Shown: positions 40,289 to 53,661 of the stretch, one piece after another
Layout of the letters: each line of letters opens with the position of its first letter
How positions within the stretch are numbered: position 1 is the first letter of the stretch
Origin: Alphaproteobacteria bacterium
GTDB lineage: Bacteria; Pseudomonadota; Alphaproteobacteria; UBA7887
Length of the DNA: 64,000 bases
Direction: 5' to 3'
Assembly: GCA_965216755.1 (NCBI GenBank)
Contig: CBDCGL010000011.1
Location: 896,001 to 960,000 of the forward strand
The notes under the pieces: model-generated
Databases searched by the model: none
The model's input: the letters and a program-made list of their open reading frames with translations, nothing else
Told to the model about the DNA's origin: nothing
Made by a program: the position numbers and the translations under genes

Positions 40289-41797
40289 TTACCGTGATGC
40301 CGACATATCGGCCGTCGGCACGACCGCGCCCGCCTGCGCAACAAGGTTCTCCACTGACGCATGCATTACATCGAGGAACGAATTTGGATAGATACCCATC
40401 CAAAACACGGCAACAACCAGCGGTGCAAAAACAGCCAGTTCGCGACGATCCATATCGGTGATCCGCTTCAAATCATCCTTGGTCAGAGCGCCGAATATCA
40501 CCCGCCTATAGAGCCACAGCATGTACGCGGCACCCAAGATGATCCCCAGGCAGGCTAATGTCGCGACCCACGTATTGACCTGGAACGCGCCCATCAGCAC
40601 CAGGAACTCACCGACAAAACCAGCGGTGCCAGGCAAGCCGATCGATGCCATGGTGAAGATCATAAATGTGAACGCGTAGGTCGGCATCCGTTCCACCAAG
40701 CCGCCGTAAGTCGCAATCTCGCGCGAATGCATACGGTCGTACACCACGCCGACGCAAAGAAACAAAGCTGACGAGATGACACCGTGGCTCAACATCACCA
40801 TCAACGCACCCTCCACACCTTGGGCGGTGAGGGTGAAAATACCGATCGTCACAAAGCCCATATGTGCAACGGACGAATACGCGATCAGCTTCTTCATGTC
40901 CTCCTGCATCAGCGCGACCAGTGACGTGTAGACGATCGCCACGATGCTCAGCGTGTAGATCATGGGGGCGAAGAAGGCCGAGGCCTCGGGCAAGATCGGC
41001 AACGACAACCGCAAGAAGCCGTACGCGCCCATCTTCAGAAGAACGCCAGCCAGGATGACCGACCCTGCGGTGGGCGCCTCGACATGGGCGTCGGGCAACC
41101 ACGTGTGCACCGGCCACATAGGAACTTTGACCGCAAAGGACGCCAGCAAAGCCAGCCACAACCAACGTTGTAGATCCAGGTCAAAGCCATATCCCATCAG
41201 CGCCGGGATCTGCGTCGTGCCAGCGACGACGTACATGGCCAAGATAGCAATCAGAAACAGAACAGAACCGGCCAACGTGTAGAGAAAGAACTTAAACGCG
41301 GCATAAACGCGGCGTGGCCCGCCCCATACCCCGATGATCAAAAACATCGGGATCAGCATGCCTTCGAAAAACAGGTAAAAAAGGACCGTATCGAGCGCGC
41401 AGAAAACGCCGATCATCATCGCTTCCAACAACAGGAAGGCGATCAGATATTCCTTCACGCGCGCGGTGATCGTTACCCAACTGGCAAGCACACAAATCGG
41501 AATCAGGAACGCGGACAGCAAGATAAACAGTATTGAAATCCCGTCGACGCCGACATAGTAAGTCACGCCCAGCGATGGAATCCATTGATATTGCTCAACG
41601 AATTGGAATTCGGCCGTGGTGTTGTCGAATGCGATCCACAGCAGCACCGCGAGAACCAGGGTCACCAATGATGTGAACATGGCGGTATGTCGCGCGTTGC
41701 GCGCCACCAGCGCTTCGTCACCACGCGTCGCGAATATGAACAACGCCCCCACCAGCGGCAGGAAGATCAACACTGTCAGAATTGGTGCATCGGTCAC
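40289..41797 (-). CDS. nuoM: NADH-quinone oxidoreductase subunit M
   Basis: GTG start at 41797. [31 protein letters not shown]. Confidence 0.97.
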   Translation of the reverse strand: MTDAPILTVLIFLPLVGALFIFATRGDEALVARNARHTAMFTSLVTLVLAVLLWIAFDNTTAEFQFVEQYQWIPSLGVTYYVGVDGISILFILLSAFLIPICVLASWVTITARVKEYLIAFLLLEAMMIGVFCALDTVLFYLFFEGMLIPMFLIIGVWGGPRRVYAAFKFFLYTLAGSVLFLIAILAMYVVAGTTQIPALMGYGFDLDLQRWLWLALLASFAVKVPMWPVHTWLPDAHVEAPTAGSVILAGVLLKMGAYGFLRLSLPILPEASAFFAPMIYTLSIVAIVYTSLVALMQEDMKKLIAYSSVAHMGFVTIGIFTLTAQGVEGALMVMLSHGVISSALFLCVGVVYDRMHSREIATYGGLVERMPTYAFTFMIFTMASIGLPGTAGFVGEFLVLMGAFQVNTWVATLACLGIILGAAYMLWLYRRVIFGALTKDDLKRITDMDRRELAVFAPLVVAVFWMGIYPNSFLDVMHASVENLVAQAGAVVPTADMSASR

Positions 41798-41799
41798 GC

Positions 41800-43725
41800 T
41801 CAGCCCCCCGCCCGGAACATGAACCAGGTCACGATCACAGCAATCCCAATCAGCATGGCGAATGCGTAGTGATACACATAGCCGGACTGCAACCGGCTCG
41901 CCCAGCGCGATAAACCGACGACCGCCGCGGCGATACCGTCCGGCCCGACGCCATCGATCAAATCGCCGTCGCCAGCCATCCACAGACCGCGGCCAAGGCG
42001 TTTGGCCGGTCCGACGAAGACGCGTTCATAGAGCTCGTCGAAGTACCATTTGTTGAGCAAGAAATTGTAAAGGCCTGGCATGGCGCCGGCCAGACGGCCG
42101 GGCAGACCTGGTTGCGCCACATACATCACGTACGCGACGGAAATTCCAACAACGGCAAGAACCAGGGGTAACAGCTTGACCCACAACGGCACGTGATGTG
42201 CTGCCTCTAAGACGTTGTGATCGTCACGCACAAAAATCGATTCACCCCAGAAATGTCCATGTGCGTCGACCATGCTCAGCCCCAGCCAACCGGCAAAGAT
42301 GGCACCAACGGCGAGCAGAGCCAGTGGGATCAGCATGACTTTCGGCGACTCGTGGACATGTGCCAACGTCCGTTCGTCGCAACGGGCGTTGCCGTGGAAG
42401 GTCATGAACAACAGGCGCCAGGAGTAGAACGCTGTCATCAAGGCCGCGGCAGCGCCGAGCCAAAAAGCGTAACTACCAACGCCGGAATGCGCCGCGTACG
42501 CGGCTTCCAGAATCATATCTTTCGAGAAGAAGCCGGCGAACGGCGGGATCCCCGCCAACGCGAGCGAACCAATCCACATCAAGCCATAGGTCACCGGGAT
42601 CAATCGCCACAGCCCGCCCATGTTGCGCATATCTTGCTCGTCGGACATGGCATGGATCACGGAACCGGCGCCGAGGAACAGCAACGCCTTAAAGAAGGCG
42701 TGAGTCATCAGGTGAAAGATGCCCGCGGAATAAGCTGACACGCCGCAGGCAAAAAACATGTAGCCGAGTTGCGAACATGTTGAATAAGCGATCACGCGCT
42801 TGATGTCATTTTGAACCAAGCCGATTGTGGCCGCGAAGAATGCCGTCGACGCCCCGACAATGGTCACTACCGTCAGTGCTGTCTCGGAGTATTCGAACAG
42901 TGGTGAGCAGCGGGCGACCATGAACACGCCGGCGGTCACCATGGTGGCGGCATGGATCAGCGCCGAGACAGGTGTTGGACCTTCCATCGCGTCGGGCAAC
43001 CAGGTGTGCAGCAACAACTGGGCCGACTTGCCCATCGCCCCCATGAACAGCAACAGACAGATGACCGTGAGCGTGTCCACTTCCAAACCAATAAACGCGA
43101 TCGTCGTATCGGCAAATGTGGGCACCGCCGCGAAGACGGTTGCGTAGTCGACCGCGCCAAACACCATGAATATCGCAAATATGCCGAGGCCGAAGCCGAA
43201 GTCGCCAACACGATTGACCAGAAACGCCTTAATCGCGGCGGCGTTTGCCGCCGGGCGTGTATACCAGAAGCCGATCAGCAAGTAGCTGCACAGACCGACG
43301 CCCTCCCAGCCGAAATATAGCTGTACGAAATTGTCGGCCGTCACCAACATCAGCATGGAGAAGGTAAACAGCGACAAGTAGGCCATGAAACGCGGCACAC
43401 TGGAATCGTGCGCCATGTAGCCGACCGAATAGACGTGGACAAGCGCGGAGACGACAGAGACGACAAACACCATCACCGCGGTCAGCGCATCGAACTTCAG
43501 TGCCCAGGAGAACTGCAACGTACCCGACGTCATCCACGGCAGTAGCTCGACTTCAACGATGTTGCCAACAACGATGACCTCGTAGCCGATGACGACCGAC
43601 AAGACCGCCGACAGGATCAACGCACCGCAGGTGACAAATTGCGCGCCGCGATTACCGATGGCACGACCGAACAAGCCGGCGATCAAGGCGCCAATGAGAG
43701 GCAGAAAGACGCACGCGGTGTACAT
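41800..43725 (-). CDS. nuoL: NADH-quinone oxidoreductase subunit L
   Basis: GWEGVG, KSAQ...[32 protein letters not shown]. Confidence 0.98.
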   Translation of the reverse strand: MYTACVFLPLIGALIAGLFGRAIGNRGAQFVTCGALILSAVLSVVIGYEVIVVGNIVEVELLPWMTSGTLQFSWALKFDALTAVMVFVVSVVSALVHVYSVGYMAHDSSVPRFMAYLSLFTFSMLMLVTADNFVQLYFGWEGVGLCSYLLIGFWYTRPAANAAAIKAFLVNRVGDFGFGLGIFAIFMVFGAVDYATVFAAVPTFADTTIAFIGLEVDTLTVICLLLFMGAMGKSAQLLLHTWLPDAMEGPTPVSALIHAATMVTAGVFMVARCSPLFEYSETALTVVTIVGASTAFFAATIGLVQNDIKRVIAYSTCSQLGYMFFACGVSAYSAGIFHLMTHAFFKALLFLGAGSVIHAMSDEQDMRNMGGLWRLIPVTYGLMWIGSLALAGIPPFAGFFSKDMILEAAYAAHSGVGSYAFWLGAAAALMTAFYSWRLLFMTFHGNARCDERTLAHVHESPKVMLIPLALLAVGAIFAGWLGLSMVDAHGHFWGESIFVRDDHNVLEAAHHVPLWVKLLPLVLAVVGISVAYVMYVAQPGLPGRLAGAMPGLYNFLLNKWYFDELYERVFVGPAKRLGRGLWMAGDGDLIDGVGPDGIAAAVVGLSRWASRLQSGYVYHYAFAMLIGIAVIVTWFMFRAGG

Positions 43726-43727
43726 CG

Positions 43728-44036
43728 TCAGCCCTTCATCATGTTGATATCTTCAACGGCGATTGTTCCCCGGTGGCGGCTATAAACCACCAAGATCGCC
43801 AGCCCGATCGACACCTCGGCCGCGGCGACTGTCAGCACAAACATCGTGAACACCTGCCCAGTCAGATCACCCAAGTGCGTTGAAAACGCGACGAAATTGA
43901 TGTTGACAGCAAGCAGCATCAGCTCAATCGACATCAAAATTGTGATGACATTCTTCCGATTGAGAAAAATGCCAAACACGCCGAGAGTGAACAGGATCGC
44001 GGCAACGATGAGATAGTGAACCAGGCCGATTGTCAT
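43728..44036 (-). CDS. nuoK: NADH-quinone oxidoreductase subunit K
   Basis: [19 protein letters not shown]. Confidence 0.97.
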   Translation of the reverse strand: MTIGLVHYLIVAAILFTLGVFGIFLNRKNVITILMSIELMLLAVNINFVAFSTHLGDLTGQVFTMFVLTVAAAEVSIGLAILVVYSRHRGTIAVEDINMMKG

Positions 44037-44647
44037 CCGACACCACTCCCCGGTGCTACGTCCTTCAATTCAACGGATTCCGCCCGGGTTCGGCCGACCT
44101 GCGCGGCGACCTTTTGTTTGCGCACGCCGACGCGCTGGCGCAAGGTCAAGACGATCGCGCCGATCATGGCCACCAGCAAGATCAGACCGGCCACCTGAAA
44201 CAGATAGAAATACTTCGTGTACAACAGATTACCGAGCGCTTCGGTATTGTGTACCTGATCGATAGGCGGCATCGGCGACGCAAGCGGCTGGCTCAGCCCG
44301 CCAGTCTGCCAAGTCGCCACGATAAACCCGATTTCTATAAGCAAGACAACACCGATCAAGCTCCCGGCAGGTAGGTAATGCATGAACCCCTGGCGGAGCG
44401 CGGCGACGTCGATGTCGAGCATCATCACGACGAACATGAACAGTACGGCGACGGCACCGACATAGACGACAACCAGAATCATCGCCAAAAATTCGGCACC
44501 CATCAGCACGAACAGTCCGGCGGCACTAAGAAACGCCAAAATCAAGAACAAAACCGAATGGACGGGGTTGCGGGCCGCGACCACCATAAAACCGGCCGCG
44601 ATGGTCACCGCCGAAAACAAGTAAAAGCATAACGCAGCAATGATCAT
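44033..44647 (-). CDS. nuoJ: NADH-quinone oxidoreductase subunit J
   Basis: [28 protein letters not shown]. Confidence 0.97.
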   Translation of the reverse strand: MIIAALCFYLFSAVTIAAGFMVVAARNPVHSVLFLILAFLSAAGLFVLMGAEFLAMILVVVYVGAVAVLFMFVVMMLDIDVAALRQGFMHYLPAGSLIGVVLLIEIGFIVATWQTGGLSQPLASPMPPIDQVHNTEALGNLLYTKYFYLFQVAGLILLVAMIGAIVLTLRQRVGVRKQKVAAQVGRTRAESVELKDVAPGSGVG

Positions 44648-44766
44648 TGGCGGTTACCTGATGGCTCGCCCATCGAATCACGTTGCAGTATCACGTTCCC
44701 CCCCTTGCCATCCGCGATCGAATGCTGGCATCGGATCGCGGACGGACAGCCCCTTTGTGCCAGCGT

Positions 44767-45255
44767 CTATCGATACGGCGCGTCCGCGGCCAGATTCGCG
44801 GCGATTTCTTTCTCCCAACGATCGCCGTTATCCAGCAGTTTTTGCTTGTCGTACATCAATTCTTCGCGCGTTTCGGTCGCGAATTCGTAATTCGGCCCCT
44901 CAACGATCGCGTCAACTGGACACGCTTCCTGGCAAAACCCGCAATAGATGCATTTGGTCATGTCGATGTCGTAACGCGTCGTGCGCCGACTGCCGTCGGC
45001 GCGCGGCTCAGCCTCTATCGTGATTGCCTGCGCTGGACAGATCGCCTCACAGAGTTTGCACGCGATACAGCGTTCCTCGCCATTCGGATAGCGCCGCAAG
45101 GCATGTTCGCCGCGAAAGCGCGGACTCAAAGGACCTTTCTCGTACGGATAATTGATTGTGACTTTCGGTCGAAATGCGTATCGCAGAGTTAACCATAAGC
45201 CCGACACAAGCTCCGTCAGCAGCAGAGCACGGGCGCCCCGATCAATGAACGACAT
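44767..45255 (-). CDS. nuoI: NADH-quinone oxidoreductase subunit I
   Basis: [12 protein letters not shown] and [12 protein letters not shown] (two [4Fe-4S] motifs). Confidence 0.98.
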   Translation of the reverse strand: MSFIDRGARALLLTELVSGLWLTLRYAFRPKVTINYPYEKGPLSPRFRGEHALRRYPNGEERCIACKLCEAICPAQAITIEAEPRADGSRRTTRYDIDMTKCIYCGFCQEACPVDAIVEGPNYEFATETREELMYDKQKLLDNGDRWEKEIAANLAADAPYR

Positions 45256-45306
45256 TCTCGACCTCCCGGCCGGTGACGACATGTTGTCTCATATGCGCCA
45301 TCTGCC

Positions 45307-46329
45307 CTACGCCGGAGTCGGTAGCCAGCCGAAAGCCAGCCCGACACCCGCGGTGACCACCACCCACAACAACGAAAACGGTAAAAACACTTTCCAACCG
45401 AGACGCATCAGCTGATCGTACCGATAGCGTGGAAACGTTGCGCGCACCCAAATAATGATGAATAGAACAGCCGCAATCTTAAACCCGAACCAGATGATCC
45501 CAGGGATCCAGTTTAGCGGTGCCACGTCGAAAAGCGGCAGCCAACCGCCGAGGAAAAAGATCGTCACCATGCCGCTCATCAAAATCATGGCCGCGTACTC
45601 GCCAAGGAAAAACAAGGCGAACAGCATCGAAGAATATTCCACGAAATAACCGGCCACCAACGCTGCTTCGTCCTCGGGGAGGTCAAACGGGTGACGGTTG
45701 GTTTCTGCAAGCACGGAGATCACGAAGACGACGAACATCGGGAACAGTGGAATGACAAACCACAGATCCTTTTGCGCCATTACGATGTCGGATAGGTTCA
45801 AGGATCCGGCGCAGATCACTACCGTGACAATTACAAAACCCATTGCGACTTCGTACGACACCATCTGCGCGGCCGAGCGCATCGCGCCTAAGAACGCGTA
45901 GATCGAGTTGCTTGACCAGCCCGCCATTAAGACGCCATAGACACTCAGCGATGAAACGGCAAAAAGATAAAGAATTCCGACATTTATGTCGGCGAGCACC
46001 CAACCATCATCAAATGGAATCACCGCCCAGGCGGCGAAACTCAGCGTGAAGGTGATCATTGGCGCGATAACAAAAACGCCTTTGTTCGCCCCCGATGGGA
46101 TGATGGTTTCCTTGAACAGCAGCTTGACGCCGTCGGCAATCGGTTGCAGCAGCCCGAATGGCCCCACCACGTTGGGCCCCTTGCGCAGATGCATCGCGCC
46201 AATAACTTTGCGTTCCGCATAGGTGAGATACGCCACACCCAGCAGCAGCGGCACAGTGATCAAAAGCACTTGCCCAACGATGATCGCGCCGGGCCAGACA
46301 TATTCAGCCCAAAGCCAAGCTGTATCCAT
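45307..46329 (-). CDS. nuoH: NADH-quinone oxidoreductase subunit H
   Basis: [40 protein letters not shown]. Confidence 0.98.
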   Translation of the reverse strand: MDTAWLWAEYVWPGAIIVGQVLLITVPLLLGVAYLTYAERKVIGAMHLRKGPNVVGPFGLLQPIADGVKLLFKETIIPSGANKGVFVIAPMITFTLSFAAWAVIPFDDGWVLADINVGILYLFAVSSLSVYGVLMAGWSSNSIYAFLGAMRSAAQMVSYEVAMGFVIVTVVICAGSLNLSDIVMAQKDLWFVIPLFPMFVVFVISVLAETNRHPFDLPEDEAALVAGYFVEYSSMLFALFFLGEYAAMILMSGMVTIFFLGGWLPLFDVAPLNWIPGIIWFGFKIAAVLFIIIWVRATFPRYRYDQLMRLGWKVFLPFSLLWVVVTAGVGLAFGWLPTPA

Positions 46330-46359
46330 ATGTCCCTCTTCGTCTCGTCCGCCGACGCC

Positions 46360-48438
46360 CTAGGCGCCAGCAGCGGTAAGGTGCTGCACGCCGACGCCTT
46401 GGCGGTGGCCAAAAGCCGTCGTGCACCGTGCCATCGTCTCAGAACAGCGGCTTATCGGGTCGGTCATGTAGTAGTTGGTTACCGGACTATTGAATGGAGA
46501 ATCATCCATGGTCCCGGCACCACCGAATGTCGTCCATGGCGCGGTTGTAACTTCGTCGATATTCTCCAAATGGGGCGCGATTTCTGCCATGCGTTGGCGC
46601 ACGGCGGCAAGCGAATCATAGGGCAAGGTCACGCCCAGCGTTTCAGACAGCGCACGCAAGATGGTCCAATCTTCGCGCGCCTCGCCCGGCGGGAAAGCGG
46701 CCAATTGGGCCCGTTGTGGTCGCCCTTCGCTGTTCACGTAGGTGCCATTCTTCTCCGTGTAGGCGGCACCCGGTAAGATCACATCTGCTCGGCTCGCGCC
46801 TGCATCGCCATGATGACCCTGGTAAATCACAAAGGTGCCGCCAAGGCCAGCCACTTCGATTTCGTCCGCGCCAAGCAAGAACAAAACTTCAATCGCGCCG
46901 CGTTTGGCCGCCGCAACCATACCGCCAACATCCAGGCCTTTTGCACCCGGGACAAATCCAAGATCAAGCCCCGCCACCCGTGCAGCGGCAGTGTGCAGGA
47001 CGTTGAAACCGTTCCAGTCGTCCCGCACGAACCCGTATTTCTCTGCAATCGTCCGAGCCGTTGCCAGCACCGCCGCGCCGTCCTCACGCGCCAAAGCGCC
47101 CATTCCCAAGATCAAGAGTGGTTGTTGCGCCGCACATTGGGCAGCATTGAAATCATGAGCCCCGTCAGCGATTTGCTGCAACGTCTTGGGACCAGCACCC
47201 AGGTGTTGATAGCGATAGGTTAGCGGCAACGCCTCGCCGACCACCCCGACCGGCATGCCAGACTCGAGCCAACGCCGACGAATTCGGGCATTGATCACGG
47301 GGGCCTCAAATCGTGGATTGCTGCCGACAATCAGGCACAAGTCGGCGGCATCGATACCGGCGAACGTGCTGTTGAAGAGGTAATTGGCTCTATGCCTCGC
47401 ATCAAGTTTGGCGCCGTCTTGACGACAATCAATGTGCGGCGAACCTAGTGCAGCCATCAAATCCTTGAGCGCAACGATGGCCTCGGCATCGCAAAGATCC
47501 CCCACGATCGCGCCAATTTGCGATCCATCGACGTCACTCAGGCGTTGCTTGATCGCCTTGAACGCCTCTGTCCAGCTGGCCGGCTGCAAGCGGCCCTTTT
47601 TGTCTCGCACGAAGGGTCGGTCAAGCCTTTGGCGGCGCAAGCCATCATAGGCAAAGCGGGATTTGTCGCCGATCCATTCTTCATTCACGTCTTCGTTTAG
47701 GCGCGGCAACACGCGCATGACCTGTGCGCCGCGGACGTCGACGCGGATGTTACTGCCAACCGCGTCCATCACATCGATGGTTTCGGTCTTGCGCAGCTCC
47801 CACGATCGCGCGGTGAACGCATAAGGTTTCGATGTCAGTGCACCAACCGGACACAAATCAATGATATTGCCGGATAATTCGGAAGTTAGACCAGATTCGA
47901 TCGCACTCGCGATCTCCAAATTCTCGCCGCGCCACAGGCCGCCAAGTTCGGCAGCGCCGGCCACTTCGCTCATGAATCGCACGCACCGTGTACAGTGAAT
48001 GCAGCGCGTCATGAACGTTTTGACGAGTGGCCCAAAGTCCTTTTCTTCAACCGCGCGCTTGTTTTCCGAAAACCTGCTGCGACCGCGACCGAACGCCATC
48101 GCCTGGTCCTGTAAATCACACTCGCCACCCTGATCACAGATCGGACAATCCAAAGGGTGATTGATCAGCAGGAATTCCATGACACCTTCGCGCGCGCGCT
48201 TGACGCTTTCGGTGTTGGTGCGGATGACCATGCCGTCGGCGACGGGCATGGCACATGAAGCGATCGGTTTAGGAGACTTTTCCATCTCGACCAAACACAT
48301 GCGGCAATTTCCTGCGATCGACAATCGGTCGTGGTAGCAAAACCGCGGCACTTCGGCGCCGGCTTGCTCACACGCCTGCAGCACCGTCGTACCGGGTTCG
48401 ACGATCGTCTCAACGCCGTCAATAGTTAGTGTCGGCAC
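46360..48438 (-). CDS. nuoG: NADH-quinone oxidoreductase subunit G
   Basis: PRFCYH, GNCRMC, NHPLDCPICDQGGECDLQ, RCIHCTRC, CPVGAL. Confidence 0.98.
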   Translation of the reverse strand: MPTLTIDGVETIVEPGTTVLQACEQAGAEVPRFCYHDRLSIAGNCRMCLVEMEKSPKPIASCAMPVADGMVIRTNTESVKRAREGVMEFLLINHPLDCPICDQGGECDLQDQAMAFGRGRSRFSENKRAVEEKDFGPLVKTFMTRCIHCTRCVRFMSEVAGAAELGGLWRGENLEIASAIESGLTSELSGNIIDLCPVGALTSKPYAFTARSWELRKTETIDVMDAVGSNIRVDVRGAQVMRVLPRLNEDVNEEWIGDKSRFAYDGLRRQRLDRPFVRDKKGRLQPASWTEAFKAIKQRLSDVDGSQIGAIVGDLCDAEAIVALKDLMAALGSPHIDCRQDGAKLDARHRANYLFNSTFAGIDAADLCLIVGSNPRFEAPVINARIRRRWLESGMPVGVVGEALPLTYRYQHLGAGPKTLQQIADGAHDFNAAQCAAQQPLLILGMGALAREDGAAVLATARTIAEKYGFVRDDWNGFNVLHTAAARVAGLDLGFVPGAKGLDVGGMVAAAKRGAIEVLFLLGADEIEVAGLGGTFVIYQGHHGDAGASRADVILPGAAYTEKNGTYVNSEGRPQRAQLAAFPPGEAREDWTILRALSETLGVTLPYDSLAAVRQRMAEIAPHLENIDEVTTAPWTTFGGAGTMDDSPFNSPVTNYYMTDPISRCSETMARCTTAFGHRQGVGVQHLTAAGA

Positions 48439-48454
48439 GCTATGCTCCCCGAAA

Positions 48455-49729
48455 TCATGCGGCCTTTTGACGCTCGATAATGCGGCGCTCCAACTCCAGC
48501 CGAAAATGTCGGATCAATCCTTGAATCGGCCAGGCGGCCGCGTCACCCAGCGCACAAATCGTGTGTCCTTCAACTTGCTTGCTGACTTCCTCGAGTAAAT
48601 CGATTTCCTCGACACGGGCGCGTCCGTCGACGAGCCGTTCCATCACACGCCACATCCAACCGGTGCCCTCGCGACATGGTGTGCACTGACCGCAGCTTTC
48701 GTGTTTGTAGAAGTGCGACAAACGGGCAATGGCGGTGACGATGTCGGTTGACTTGTCCATGACGATAACCGCCGCCGTGCCGAGACCCGATTTTACTTCG
48801 CGCAACGCGTCGAAATCCATCAACACGTCGTCGCAGGTCGGCTTCGGTATACAGGGCACCGACGAACCACCCGGGATCACGGCAAGCAGGTTGTCCCAAC
48901 CGCCGCGCACGCCACCGGCATGATGTTCGATCAGTTCGCGCAGAGGAATGCTCATTTCCTCTTCGACATTGCATGGTCGTTCGACGTGGCCGGAGATGCA
49001 AAAGACTTTCGTGCCCGTGTTGTTGGCGCGCCCAAAACCAGCAAACCAGCTCGCGCCGCGCCGCATGATCGTTGGCGCAACCGCGATCGTCTCAACATTG
49101 TTGACGGTGGTCGGGCACCCCCAGACGCCAACATTGGCGGGAAACGGCGGCTTCAACCGCGGTTGCCCCTTATTGCCCTGCAAGCTTTCGATCAGAGCCG
49201 TTTCTTCGCCGCATATATACGCACCGGCGCCACGGTGAACATGGACGTCGAAATCATATCCCGAGCCACAAGCGTCATCACCAATCAAGCGCGCTTCGTA
49301 GGCTTCCGCGACCGCGCGTTCCAAAGCTTGTGCCTCGTTGTAAAACTCGCCGCGAATGTAGATATACGCGGCACGCGCGCGCATGGCGAAGCCGGCGACC
49401 AGCGCCCCCTCAATCAGCTTGTGCGGCTCGTGGCGCAGGATATCGCGATCCTTACAAGTTCCCGGTTCGCTCTCGTCGGCATTAATGACCAGATATGACG
49501 GTCGCCCAACACTCTCCTTTGGCATGAACGACCATTTTAGGCCTGTCGGGAACCCGGCGCCGCCGCGGCCACGCAAACCGGACTCCTTAATCTCCGCAAC
49601 GATCGCGTCCGCGCCTTTGTCCAAGATTGCCTTGGTATTGTCCCAGTCGCCGCGCTGGCGGGCAGCATCCAATGTCGCCTCGCGGGCGCCATAAAGATTG
49701 GCAAAGATACGGTCTTGATCACTCAGCAT
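48455..49729 (-). CDS. nuoF: NADH-quinone oxidoreductase subunit F
   Basis: [40 protein letters not shown]. Confidence 0.98.
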   Translation of the reverse strand: MLSDQDRIFANLYGAREATLDAARQRGDWDNTKAILDKGADAIVAEIKESGLRGRGGAGFPTGLKWSFMPKESVGRPSYLVINADESEPGTCKDRDILRHEPHKLIEGALVAGFAMRARAAYIYIRGEFYNEAQALERAVAEAYEARLIGDDACGSGYDFDVHVHRGAGAYICGEETALIESLQGNKGQPRLKPPFPANVGVWGCPTTVNNVETIAVAPTIMRRGASWFAGFGRANNTGTKVFCISGHVERPCNVEEEMSIPLRELIEHHAGGVRGGWDNLLAVIPGGSSVPCIPKPTCDDVLMDFDALREVKSGLGTAAVIVMDKSTDIVTAIARLSHFYKHESCGQCTPCREGTGWMWRVMERLVDGRARVEEIDLLEEVSKQVEGHTICALGDAAAWPIQGLIRHFRLELERRIIERQKAA

Positions 49730-50343
49730 CACGCATCCTCAAGCGTATTCAGGGCTGTCTGGCGCCCCACCGGTTCTGAGGTCTTGCGTCGCGGATCGTG
49801 ACTGCCAATCTTTGGTTGTCGCGCCCGTTTGAGTGTGTCGAGGATCGTGATGAGTCGTTCCGGGGTCAAATCCTCATAATAGTCGTCGTTGATCTGTACC
49901 ACCGGAGCGTTCACACAAGCACCAAGGCATTCGACTTCAACCAGAGTAAAGGCGCCGTCCGCGGTGGTTTCACCCAGTCCAATGCCCAGATGACGCTCGC
50001 ATGCCGCGCGAACGTCGTCGCTGCCCCGCAACCAACACGGTGTCGTGCGACAGAGTTGTATGAAATTGCGTCCAACCGGCGCCAAATTGAACATCGTATA
50101 AAAAGTGGCAACTTCCAGAGCTTGGATTTCGGAAACTTCCAGCATCTCAGCAACCGCGCGAATGGCTGCAATGGACAGCCATCCATGTTGGCGCTGCGCC
50201 AAGTCAAGTAACGGCAGCAACGCGCTCGCCTGCCGCCCGGCGGGATAGCGTGCGACATATTCTTTCGCGCGCGCTAGATTCTCTGCCGTAAAGGCAAAAT
50301 CGTCCGGTTGTTGTTCCGGTGGCGCAAATTGCCTGTCACTCAC
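49729..50343 (-). CDS. nuoE: NADH-quinone oxidoreductase subunit E
   Basis: GTG start overlapping the nuoD stop. [24 protein letters not shown]. Confidence 0.96.
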   Translation of the reverse strand: MSDRQFAPPEQQPDDFAFTAENLARAKEYVARYPAGRQASALLPLLDLAQRQHGWLSIAAIRAVAEMLEVSEIQALEVATFYTMFNLAPVGRNFIQLCRTTPCWLRGSDDVRAACERHLGIGLGETTADGAFTLVEVECLGACVNAPVVQINDDYYEDLTPERLITILDTLKRARQPKIGSHDPRRKTSEPVGRQTALNTLEDA

Positions 50344-51518
50344 CGGTCGACCTCCCCGAAAACGACATCCATGGTCGCCACACAAGCGACCACATCGGCC
50401 AGTTGATGGCCCTTGGTCATGAAATCCAATCCTTGCAGATGCGCAAATCCTGGCGCACGAATCTTGCACCGGTACGGTTTGTTCGTGCCGTCAGCAATCA
50501 GGTAAACACCAAATTCGCCTTTCGGCGCCTCAACCGCCGTATAGGTTTCGCCAGCCGGCACGTGATAGCCTTCGGTGTAAAGCTTGAAATGGTGAATCAG
50601 CGCTTCCATGGAGCGCTTCATATCGCCACGTTTCGGCGGCGCGATCTTGTTGTCTTCGACCATGATCGGACCGTCGGGCATTTCTTCGATGCACTGCCGA
50701 ATGATGCGCACGCTTTGGCGCATTTCTTCAATGCGCACGAGATACCGGTCATAGCAATCGCCGTTCTTGCCGACTGGGATGTCGAAATTCATCTGACCGT
50801 ACACGTCATACGGTTGGGCCTTGCGTATATCCCAGGGCACGCCGCTTCCACGCAACATGACGCCACTGAAACCCCAATCCAGCGCCTGCTCCGGTGTCAC
50901 CGCGCCGATATCAACGTTGCGTTGCTTCCAGATTCGGTTCTCGGTGAGAAGCCCTTCAACATCATCGATGATCGCCGGGAAGTTGTCGGCCCAGGCTAAT
51001 ATCTCCTGTTCAATACCGGCGGGCATGTCCTGGTGAACACCGCCCGGACGAATATATGCGGCGTGCAACCGGGCGCCCGAGACTTGCTCGTAGAAGGCAA
51101 CAAGTTTTTCGCGCTCCTCGAACATCCAAAGGAATGGGGTCATCGCGCCCACATCCAGCCCATTTGCACTGATTTGCAGGAGATGATTAAGGACCCGAGT
51201 GATCTCGCAAAACAACACGCGCACATATTGCGCACGCATTGGCACCTCGCAGCCCAACAGCTTCTCCACCGCCAAACTGTAACAGTGCTCTTGCGCCATC
51301 ATTGACACATAGTCGAGACGGTCGAAATACGGCAAAGCCTGCAGATACGTCTTGTATTCGATAAGCTTTTCCGTACCGCGATGGAGCAGCCCGATATGTG
51401 GGTCAGCGCGCTCGCACACCTCGCCGTCCATCTCTAAGACCAATCGCAGCACGCCGTGCGCCGCTGGATGCTGAGGACCGAAGTTAAAGGTCAGATGTTT
51501 GATTTCGGTTTCGGCCAT
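50340..51518 (-). CDS. nuoD: NADH-quinone oxidoreductase subunit D
   Basis: [32 protein letters not shown]. Confidence 0.98.
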   Translation of the reverse strand: MAETEIKHLTFNFGPQHPAAHGVLRLVLEMDGEVCERADPHIGLLHRGTEKLIEYKTYLQALPYFDRLDYVSMMAQEHCYSLAVEKLLGCEVPMRAQYVRVLFCEITRVLNHLLQISANGLDVGAMTPFLWMFEEREKLVAFYEQVSGARLHAAYIRPGGVHQDMPAGIEQEILAWADNFPAIIDDVEGLLTENRIWKQRNVDIGAVTPEQALDWGFSGVMLRGSGVPWDIRKAQPYDVYGQMNFDIPVGKNGDCYDRYLVRIEEMRQSVRIIRQCIEEMPDGPIMVEDNKIAPPKRGDMKRSMEALIHHFKLYTEGYHVPAGETYTAVEAPKGEFGVYLIADGTNKPYRCKIRAPGFAHLQGLDFMTKGHQLADVVACVATMDVVFGEVDR

Positions 51519-52132
51519 CACCCGGTCTCCGCCTCATCCGACTTTTCGTCGCCTGGCAATGCATAATCCGGCCCTTCCCACGGGCTCAGAAAATCGAAAC
51601 TGCGGAACTCCTGGGTGAGCTTGACGGGCTCGTATACAACGCGTTTTTGCGATTCGTCATAGCGGACTTCAACGTACCCTGTCAGCGGGAAATCCTTGCG
51701 CATCGGGTGACCGTCAAAGCCATAGTCAGTCAGAATTCGGCGCAAATCGGGGTGATCCGAAAAATAGACCCCGTACATATCCCAGACCTCGCGCTCATAC
51801 CATGCGGCAGCGCTAAACTGATCGCTGATCGACGGCACCGGCGTTTCACTGTCAGCAGCGACCTTCACACGGATACGTTGATTGTGATGATGGCTCAACA
51901 AGTGATAAACGATCTCGAAGCGGCGCTCGCGATCCGGATAGTCAACGCCGCAAATATCGACCAACTGTCTGAATCGGCAATCTGAATTGTCGCGCAGAAA
52001 CGTCACCACTGATTGGATCGCAGACGCCGAGCAAGCAATCGACAACTCGCCGTGGGCCACGGCGTATTCAGTGACATCGCTGGGCAAGGCCGAGGTGATA
52101 TGCGCTGCGAGATCGTGTAGGGCTTGGTCCAT
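51518..52132 (-). CDS. nuoC: NADH-quinone oxidoreductase subunit C
   Basis: [36 protein letters not shown]. Confidence 0.97.
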   Translation of the reverse strand: MDQALHDLAAHITSALPSDVTEYAVAHGELSIACSASAIQSVVTFLRDNSDCRFRQLVDICGVDYPDRERRFEIVYHLLSHHHNQRIRVKVAADSETPVPSISDQFSAAAWYEREVWDMYGVYFSDHPDLRRILTDYGFDGHPMRKDFPLTGYVEVRYDESQKRVVYEPVKLTQEFRSFDFLSPWEGPDYALPGDEKSDEAETG

Positions 52133-52148
52133 GATGCTGGCGCGGCGT

Positions 52149-52697
52149 CTATCGGGCTATCGTGCCAGTACGGCGTATTTTCTTCTGCAACTGAAGAATG
52201 CCGTAGAGCAGCGCTTCGGCCGTTGGCGGACATCCCGGTATGTAAATATCGACCGGCACGACCCGATCACATCCGCGCACAACAGCGTACGAATAGTGAT
52301 AGTAGCCGCCGCCATTGGCGCAGCTCCCCATCGATATGACATAGCGTGGCTCGGCCATCTGGTCATAGACCTTGCGCAGCGCCGGCGCCATTTTGTTGGT
52401 CAGGGTTCCCGCAACAATCATTACGTCCGACTGGCGCGGGCTTGGCCGGAACACGACCCCAAATCTGTCCAGGTCATAGCGGCTTGCCCCGGAATGCATC
52501 ATCTCGACCGCACAGCAAGCAAGACCAAAGCTCATCGGCCAAAGCGATCCGGTGCGCGCCCACGACGCAATTTTTTCCATGCTCGAGATAACGAAGCCTT
52601 TGTCGGTCAGTTCCTGCCCGACATAGGTCATCATTTGTTGGGTCGCGGCGTCGTTCGCCCGCTCGGCGCGGGTCATCCTGGGACCCGTCACTCCCAT
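52149..52697 (-). CDS. nuoB: NADH-quinone oxidoreductase subunit B
   Basis: [25 protein letters not shown]. Confidence 0.98.
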   Translation of the reverse strand: MGVTGPRMTRAERANDAATQQMMTYVGQELTDKGFVISSMEKIASWARTGSLWPMSFGLACCAVEMMHSGASRYDLDRFGVVFRPSPRQSDVMIVAGTLTNKMAPALRKVYDQMAEPRYVISMGSCANGGGYYHYSYAVVRGCDRVVPVDIYIPGCPPTAEALLYGILQLQKKIRRTGTIAR

Positions 52698-53053
52698 TCC
52701 AAAGCTCCCTTTTTCCACTCATAAATGAAGCCGATGGTCAGTACAGCCAGGAAAATGACCATCGACCAAAAACCGAACATGCCGATTTTTCCAAGCGACA
52801 CCGCCCATGGGAAAAGGAATGCAACTTCCAAGTCGAAAATGATGAACAGAATGGCAACTAGGTAGAACCGCACATCGAACCGCCGACGCGCATCGTCGAA
52901 CGGTTCAAAACCGCACTCATACGGAGAGATCTTCTCTAAGTCAGGTTGCTGCCGCGCGATGATATAGGAAGCGGTCACGACGACCACGGCCAGACCACCG
53001 GCTATGGCCAAAAAAATCAAGATCGGCAGGTATTCCGAAAGAAGAGCCTCCAT
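52688..53053 (-). CDS. nuoA: NADH-quinone oxidoreductase subunit A
   Basis: [30 protein letters not shown]. Confidence 0.98.
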   Translation of the reverse strand: MEALLSEYLPILIFLAIAGGLAVVVVTASYIIARQQPDLEKISPYECGFEPFDDARRRFDVRFYLVAILFIIFDLEVAFLFPWAVSLGKIGMFGFWSMVIFLAVLTIGFIYEWKKGALEWE

Positions 53054-53381
53054 GCGGACGCCCCTTCATAAGTCACAGAAAACGTGTGCCGAATGTCGCC
53101 CCGGGCGACACCCGAAAGATGGTGGTAACGGTCACGTACAGACGCTGACGGACAACGCGCAGCGCCATTGAGCTAACAAGTCCGTTCGCGCGTGCAATAT
53201 AAGCGTGAGCCAATGGATTGCAAAGGCAGGATGTTCACGGCGCCGGCGCCCCAGACCTGTGTCTGCTACAGACAGAAACCGACCTGGCGTCAACCGCCGG
53301 CCAGTCAAGTAAACTGAGCGTGGAAGCCCATTTCGACCGCCGCGCATTGCGCGATCCGCAACCGCGAACGAAACATAAGAG

Positions 53382-53458
53382 TGGCGGGAGTGACGGGACT
53401 CGAACCCGCGGCCTCTGGCGTGACAGGCCAGCGCTCTAACCAACTGAGCTACACCCCC
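53382..53458 (-). tRNA. tRNA-Asp (GTC)
   Basis: GGGGGTGTAGCTCAGTTGGTTAGAGCGCTGGCCTGTCACGCCAGAGGCCGCGGGTTCGAGTCCCGTCACTCCCGCCA. 77 nt, anticodon GTC, encoded CCA. Confidence 0.98.
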
Positions 53459-53471
53459 GAACGTTTCAGCC

Positions 53472-53500
53472 CGTTTAATTTAGTGGCATTGCAGTGTCAA
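53472..53500 (-). promoter_or_regulatory. Sigma70 promoter of tRNA-Asp
   Basis: TTGACA-17 bp-TAAACG, ending 13 bp upstream of the tRNA. Confidence 0.75.
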
Positions 53501-53661
53501 GGAAACCGAACGTGGCACGCAAATCGACAAACCCACGACCGGATCCGCGCGAAGGCTCTCGCGGCGGCGCTGGTTGCCTGGCAACCAGATTCGAGCCAAC
53601 ACTTGACACGACGGCCTGACCAGCCAGAATTCGTTGTGACACCGAGATCAGGGAGGAAAGC

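Noticed and set aside
53513-53528. Sigma54 promoter starting TGGCAC
   Set aside because: No TTGC at the -12 position.
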